A stretch of 64,000 bases of DNA. It comes from Rebecca billardiae RCC1528. Lineage: Eukaryota; Protista; Haptophyta. The translations under genes and the position numbers were made by a program. Position 1 is the stretch's first letter. Each line of letters starts with the position of its first letter. The notes under the pieces were generated by a model that was not told the DNA's origin, did no database searches, and saw only the letters and a program-made list of their open reading frames with translations. This document shows positions 60,221 through 64,000 of this stretch, piece by piece. The stretch is taken from NCBI GenBank assembly GCA_965240325.2, contig OZ251232.1, positions 992,001 to 1,056,000 on the forward strand, in the 5' to 3' direction.

Positions 60221-61134
60221 TGGCCTGTTTTATTTCTACGAGAGCCCAAAGGCGACATTCGCCAAAACGCGGTACAATGGCGGCTTGCCCGCTGGTGCGG
60301 GCCCCGGAGCTAGTCCGGAGAAGTGATGGCACGTCATTCGCGCATTCTCGTGTTGAGGCGCTGCGCTGTGGCGAAGGATGTTGTCAGACATGCTGATTCG
60401 CCTTGCCGTGGTGCTTCGCCTTGACACAGGGGTCACTCGCGGTGCACGGCAGTGTGCACGATGCAGCGGCGGCGAGCGGCGGCAAACCGGCGCTGCAGCT
60501 GGAGGCCCTCTGCAAGCTGCAAGCACTCTGCCTTGGCTGCTGCGTCGCACCCGTGTCAGTTAGCGACCAGTTCACAGCCAGATGGACTGCAATCGCCACC
60601 AGCTCTAAACGCTCCGCCGCCACTACCTTGTCGAGCTTGAGATGCTTCCGTTCGGCGTGCGCTTGCTTGCAGCTTGCTGCCTGCATTTGAACGTGATCGC
60701 GGAAGGTTAGTAGGCCGGATGCTCAGGCCTCCTCGGCGTATAATATTACAAGGTGCGTGCCACGCGCACCCATGACGCGCGGAAAGGCGTGCACACGCGT
60801 CCTCGCGCATCTTTCAGGCTGCAGTCTTGGCCAAGATGATGAGAACAAGCCTGCCAGTGCCGCGCAGGCGCGAGCGCGCGGAGAGTTCTGGGATCCGACC
60901 CATGGTGTTGGGTGTACCTCGTGTGCGACAACGACGAGGCGGACGAGCGCCGCAACTGGATTCGTGCACTCACCGGTCACCGAGGAGTGCACGAATCGCA
61001 TTCCTTGCGCACGTGGGGGCCGCCATCGGCCGTGAGAGGTACACCCAACGGAGCGTGACACCGATTCCCACTGGCGAGCACGGGTTTGTCGCCGTGACAT
61101 AGTAAATGGAATCTGGTAGAAATAAAACAGGCCG
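60221..61134. mobile_element. Non-autonomous Tc1/mariner-like element (914 bp)
   Basis: TIR (C/T)GGCCTGTTTTATTTCTAC at both ends, flanked by TA on each side; no transposase. Confidence 0.75.
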
Positions 61135-61280
61135 TATACCGGCACCGTGCGCTAGCAGTAGTCATATGGCCCGCCGGCGGCGCGGATCGGCGCGGACCCG
61201 CCGCGGGAGTGCGCTGTGCGGGCCCTGGGCCTGTGCCCGCAGCAGAGTGCCGTAGACGTAGTGCGGCGCCTCGTCATTAT

Positions 61281-63161
61281 TATGGCCCGCGGTGTAGGGC
61301 GGAGCGCGTAGCGTGGAGCCCCGCCCGGGGGGCCCTCACTACGTTGTCAAAAAGATCTTTTATTGATTATCAAAGAAAAGGGGACGGGGGACGATTTTGA
61401 GGGCTGTTGGAGGGTGAGTTTTCGCTTTTTCGAGCCCGAGGCGGGTACGTTGGCCCTTTGCTCTCCATTAGCCTCAAGATGCGCGATTGACAAAATAGCC
61501 GCGCCCGCTCCAATTCCTGTATCTACGGACGGACGTGAGCCTGTGGACGTGCATTTGTCAGTATATCTGGGTAGTGAACGAATATCTAGCTGCTGCGATT
61601 TGTTCATTGTTGTAAATTAATATTCATACTACGGAACAAAACTTGGTCGCCATCAGTCCGGGACCAACCGGACCCAGGGCCGGACGTGTTTTTTAAAAGT
61701 AGTGCATGTGCACGGGGGTCCTACAGTAGCAGGGTATTCTACCAAGGGGGTTCCCGTTCATTCACGTTCAATCTTCTGCGACGATACGGTTGAACGACTT
61801 GAACGTGCATGGTCGTAAATGGACATGGTTCCCGGCTTCCCGCGGAAGCTCTCCACTAGAGGGCGCAAGCACTGCAGGCCGAAAAGATGATCACTCCGTA
61901 GGCGGGTATTCGTGACGAATATACAGCAGACGAAATTGCACTATGGGGCAAGGCCTTGATTGACGACTCGCGGCGCCGGTATGCGCCGGCGCGAGCCGCG
62001 ACGCGTGGAGCCCCGTTGACTCGGACCGGCGGAACTCCGTGCGCGTGCGCGTGCCGCCGCAGTACGACGCCGCGGTGCGCGAGGTGGTGGCGGGGGCCGG
62101 CCGGCGGCTGCCTCTCGCCCTCGCACTCTGCTCTCCCCGAGCGCGCCTGTCGCCTCGCAGGCCCCGCGTCTACTCCGTCCGTCTCGCCCGGCCCTCGCGC
62201 TCCGCTCCGTCACCGAGCGCGCCCGCACCGGTCTGTCGGCGTCTTGCCGGGCCGCGTGGCCGAGTCACGCCGAGTCGGCGCGCGCCCAACAACCTGCCCG
62301 CGGGCGCGTTCGTCGCTCGAGGAGGAGCGCGCAAGGGCGAGCCGAGTCCGGAGCACTACGCGAGCTCGTCGCTTGATTGAGGAATGAGGACGGGAGCGCG
62401 CCGCGACGGCACGCAGCAGCGGAGATGAGCCGGATGCGCCCGGAGCTAGCGCGGCTGAAGGGCGAGCTCGAGCTCGCGAGCTCGCTCCTCGAGTCCGAGC
62501 GCGAGCTCCTCCTCAACTCGGTCGTCGACCGCGCCGGAGGTGCAGCAGCAGCAACTCGGCGAGCACGCACGGCCACGCGGGCTGCCGATAGTGTCAGCCT
62601 GCCGCGCTGGCTGGCCGCCGCCGTGGCTTATTCGAGGCCGACGCGGCGGACGAGGAGGCGGCGGGCGAGCACGGCGGCGCGGTGGAGCAGGCGCGCACGC
62701 GCGGCGGCAGGCGCGACGCGCCGCTCGCCTCGTTCCACTCCGAGCTCCTCTCGGTCTCGCCTCTGGCGATCGGTGCGCGGAACCCTGCGCAGCGCAGGCC
62801 GGGGCCAGCAATGCCCGCTGCTAGTTGGGCGCGCGCTCTCGCTCTGTGCCGGCACGAGGCGCGCCGGCTGAGCGACCAGCGGCCCGTCGCCGAGCGCATG
62901 GCGCAGCGCGAGCACCTCAAGCAGGTGCGCCCGCACGCCGCCGCACGCGCCGGCCCGCGCCGCGCGGCGCCTCTCGCCCCGTGCGCGCGCGCGCCGCCCG
63001 CCGGCGGCCGCGCTTCCCGCCGCGCGGCACGCGGCGACAGTCCTCGGCCCGCCATATGTCAGTCAGACTGATATCGATGCCAGCAGCCGACGGAGGTTGC
63101 ACCGCGGGCCCCTAACTACGTTAATATTGGTTCTACGGAAGGACCGCGGAACGCGGTCATT
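61281..63161 (+). mobile_element. Non-autonomous Helentron/Helitron2-like element, copy 2
   Basis: First ~150 nt and last ~65 nt are homologous to the ends of 5431-6717. Subterminal inverted repeat CACCGCGGGCC at ~63100 and terminal hairpin at ~63142-63158; flanked by TTA-rich sequence. Confidence 0.6.
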
Positions 63162-63197
63162 ATTATTACTATACTACTTATATATATTATTATTATA

Positions 63198-63228
<31 letters not shown>
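63160..63228. repeat. (TAT)n / AT-rich microsatellite
   Basis: Seen directly. Confidence 0.85.
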
Positions 63229-63229
<1 letters not shown>

Positions 63230-63390
63230 TGTCCGGACCCGGTCGCGTTAGACTGCTGATGCTGACAATAATAATAATGCTGCGCTAATATATGATAACT
63301 ACGACTAATCGCGTCGCGATGATGGTCATCGCGTCACGACGTACTATATGGCGGTAGTTATTGGTACGTATTGGCGTAATTTGGCGTATA

Positions 63391-64000
63391 TCACAGCAGC
63401 GGCGCGGCAGCACCTCGTGACGATCGATCGACGACTGCCCCGGACCCGGCGGCGTTATCACCGCGGGCAGCACAGCCAACTGCAAGGTCGCTGCTGGAAT
63501 CAGCGGCTGGCGCCGCCCCAGGGCCGCCCGGCGGCCCTCCCGCCGACGGACTCGCGCGGAGCCGCCCCACTCGCATCGCGGGTCTGCCGGCCGGGGCCGA
63601 CGCGGCGGCGGCGCACGCTCCGTCAGCGGGCGTACGGGGAGCGCACTCCGCCCGCGCCGCGCGCTGCCGCGCTCGCCAGCCGGCTGCAAGCGGCATCGCG
63701 CCGAGTGCCAGCAGCAGGAGGAGGCCGGCGGCGGCGGCGGCGGCGAGGAGGGCGCGCTCGCTGCCCGGCCTCGCCGCCTCCGCGCGCGCGTGCGCCTCCG
63801 CGCCCAGCCCGTCCACGTCCTCGCACCGGCGGCCGCGCTTGCCGCACGCGCGGTGCGTGTGCGAGTGGAAGCTTCCGCCGACCGAGTAACGCAAGTAGTG
63901 CGCGTGCCGCTGCCACGGCAGCCCGTCGCCGTCGCGCGGCGTGCCCGAGGTGCTGTTGAACGGCCGGCCGAGGACGGCGCTGAGCAGCGAGTCGGTCACG
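63391..64000 (-). CDS. 3' part of a gene running off the window; possibly 2OG-Fe(II) oxygenase-like with a C-terminal TM helix
   Basis: HYLRYSVGGSFHSH resembles the LRYxxGxxFxxH motif but lacks the following Asp; hydrophobic LLAAAAAAGLLLLLALG. Confidence 0.35.
   Translation of the reverse strand, partial: VTDSLLSAVLGRPFNSTSGTPRDGDGLPWQRHAHYLRYSVGGSFHSHTHRACGKRGRRCEDVDGLGAEAHARAEAARPGSERALLAAAAAAGLLLLLALGAMPLAAGWRARQRAARAECAPRTPADGACAAAASAPAGRPAMRVGRLRASPSAGGPPGGPGAAPAADSSSDLAVGCAARGDNAAGSGAVVDRSSRGAAAPLL

Overview
This is eukaryotic nuclear DNA: very GC-rich, with GT-AG introns and no operon structure. The composition and intron style suggest a haptophyte such as a Pavlovales alga, but that is inference only. 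The main feature is three related genes that place different N-terminal signalling modules in front of the same C-terminal LRR cassette module. The N-termini are EDR1-like domain plus non-RD kinase (570-4297, -), TIR plus SAM (14836-21962, -) and U-box plus non-RD kinase (41663-46093, +). In the shared module each 28-aa RI-like LRR is one symmetric phase-2 exon, 84 nt in all but one case, separated by similar ~350-nt introns. The exon cores are nearly invariant, while codons at the predicted ligand-binding positions beside the splice junction are hypervariable. This looks like an exon-shuffling, immune-receptor-like diversification system. The window also holds an intact, very recent Ty1/copia retrotransposon whose long N-terminal extension carries a MYND-like finger, and non-autonomous DNA transposons (EnSpm-like, hAT-like, mariner-like, Helentron-like). 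Other genes are a GT77-like glycosyltransferase, a HAD-domain protein, a PHD/PLU-1-like chromatin protein, a sulfotransferase, a probable plastid membrane protein, a nucleoside hydrolase-TM-TIR-like fusion, a JMJD7-like hydroxylase and a large IQ-motif/DCX-like protein. Most long ORFs in the supplied track are artefacts of high GC content.
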